DNA of 59,715 nt. Source: a virus. Its lineage: Duplodnaviria > Caudoviricetes. Within the stretch, counting starts at the first letter, position 1. Each line of letters begins with the position of its first letter. The stretch lies in IMG/VR virus record IMGVR_UViG_3300033067_002245, positions 1 through 59,715 of that record, one strand, 5' to 3'. The position numbers and the translations under genes are program-made. The notes beneath the pieces are model-generated. The model was not told the DNA's origin. It did no database searches and worked only from the letters and a program-made list of their open reading frames with translations. This document shows, one piece after another, positions 58,962-59,715 of the stretch.

Positions 58962-59170
58962 TTCTTACCTCCCTTCCACTTTTTAATAGCGTACAAAATA
59001 CAGAGTGTAACCCCTATATTTGACATTGTTATTACAAAGGTCGGAAGCAACCAGCCGGCCGAAAATAAGTCTTTGTTGTAAAAAGCAATGAATAAATGGA
59101 ATAAACCACACATTGCGAATACCGGAATAACCGTTTTATCCTGAAACAGGAATTTTAATTTTTCTTTCAT
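58958..59170 (-). CDS. Small membrane protein
   Basis: Two TM helices. Confidence 0.6.
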   Translation of the reverse strand: MKEKLKFLFQDKTVIPVFAMCGLFHLFIAFYNKDLFSAGWLLPTFVITMSNIGVTLCILYAIKKWKGGKK

Positions 59171-59171
59171 G

Positions 59172-59438
59172 TTATTTATTTTGAATAAAAATTTTAAGCG
59201 TTTTGTTATTATCCTGTAAAGAGAATTTCAATACCTCGTTATCTGCTAGGTATTTTACAACTACCCTTCCTTTTTCCAGACTATTTGAACTGTGATCAAC
59301 AATCTCTATTCGCGTGACATTATCAATGTCCGGTACTTTGTTTTCTTCCATTAGTTTAATTGTTGAATCGCATGATATATCATTGCATTCAGGGCAAGAT
59401 TTTAAATTGCCTCCGTGTTTACAGCTTCCGTATTTCAT
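59172..59438 (-). CDS. Hypothetical protein
   Basis: VTRIEIVDH...GR...SLQDNNKTLKIF. Confidence 0.65.
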   Translation of the reverse strand: MKYGSCKHGGNLKSCPECNDISCDSTIKLMEENKVPDIDNVTRIEIVDHSSNSLEKGRVVVKYLADNEVLKFSLQDNNKTLKIFIQNK

Positions 59439-59474
59439 TTTGTTTTAGGTTTAGATGTAGGTTGATTAAAGGTT

Positions 59475-59645
59475 TTAGATTGTAATTTCTAAATACCCTT
59501 CGTTTATGTTTATAGCTACCTCCTTTTCATGGGTATAGCTTACTGATAATAATCCACCGTCAGGGCCGTTTACACGGATTCTTTTAACCCCAACAATTAT
59601 TATATCATCATGTTTTGCATCATCGGACACTTTTATGTTTTCCAT
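59475..59645 (-). CDS. Small hypothetical protein (56 aa)
   Basis: MENIKVSDDAKHDDIIIVGVKRIRV..., below track cutoff. Confidence 0.45.
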   Translation of the reverse strand: MENIKVSDDAKHDDIIIVGVKRIRVNGPDGGLLSVSYTHEKEVAININEGYLEITI

Positions 59646-59715
59646 CTTGTTTTGTAGTTAGGGGTTAAAGACTTAGGTTGTCACTCAGATTCACTCTGGT
59701 GTTTTTTTCTATTAG

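Overview
About 60 kb of a tailed dsDNA phage genome with podovirus-like, crAss-related gene order. The host is probably Bacteroidota, inferred from recurrent TAnnTTTG -7 promoter elements and the general lack of Shine-Dalgarno sites. 1-16 kb, mostly minus strand: SF2 helicase, DnaA-C HTH protein, many small early genes, a cluster of tRNA-like/structured RNAs, a serine recombinase and a PD-(D/E)XK nuclease. 16-55.9 kb, plus strand: GroES-like/GroES/GroEL, terminase, portal, scaffold, major capsid, ring/tail proteins, ejection proteins, tail fibres and a lysis module. 56-59.7 kb, minus strand: small genes and two DNA methyltransferases. Four observations stand out. (1) The two methyltransferases sit in attC-like gene cassettes with a nested, covarying inverted-repeat scaffold, and the array is inserted at a GTT that separates the ATG of a phage gene from the rest of its ORF. 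(2) Five late promoters carry a Fur/PerR-like palindrome TTATTTAGAATCATTCTAAATAA exactly 5 nt upstream of TAnnTTTG. (3) Six early genes share the leader AAGGAGGCAAC, and a nearby hairpin presents its exact complement. (4) A mirror-symmetric locus has back-to-back promoters pointing antisense into two convergent tRNA-shaped elements. All protein calls come from motif reading and gene order; no database search was run.
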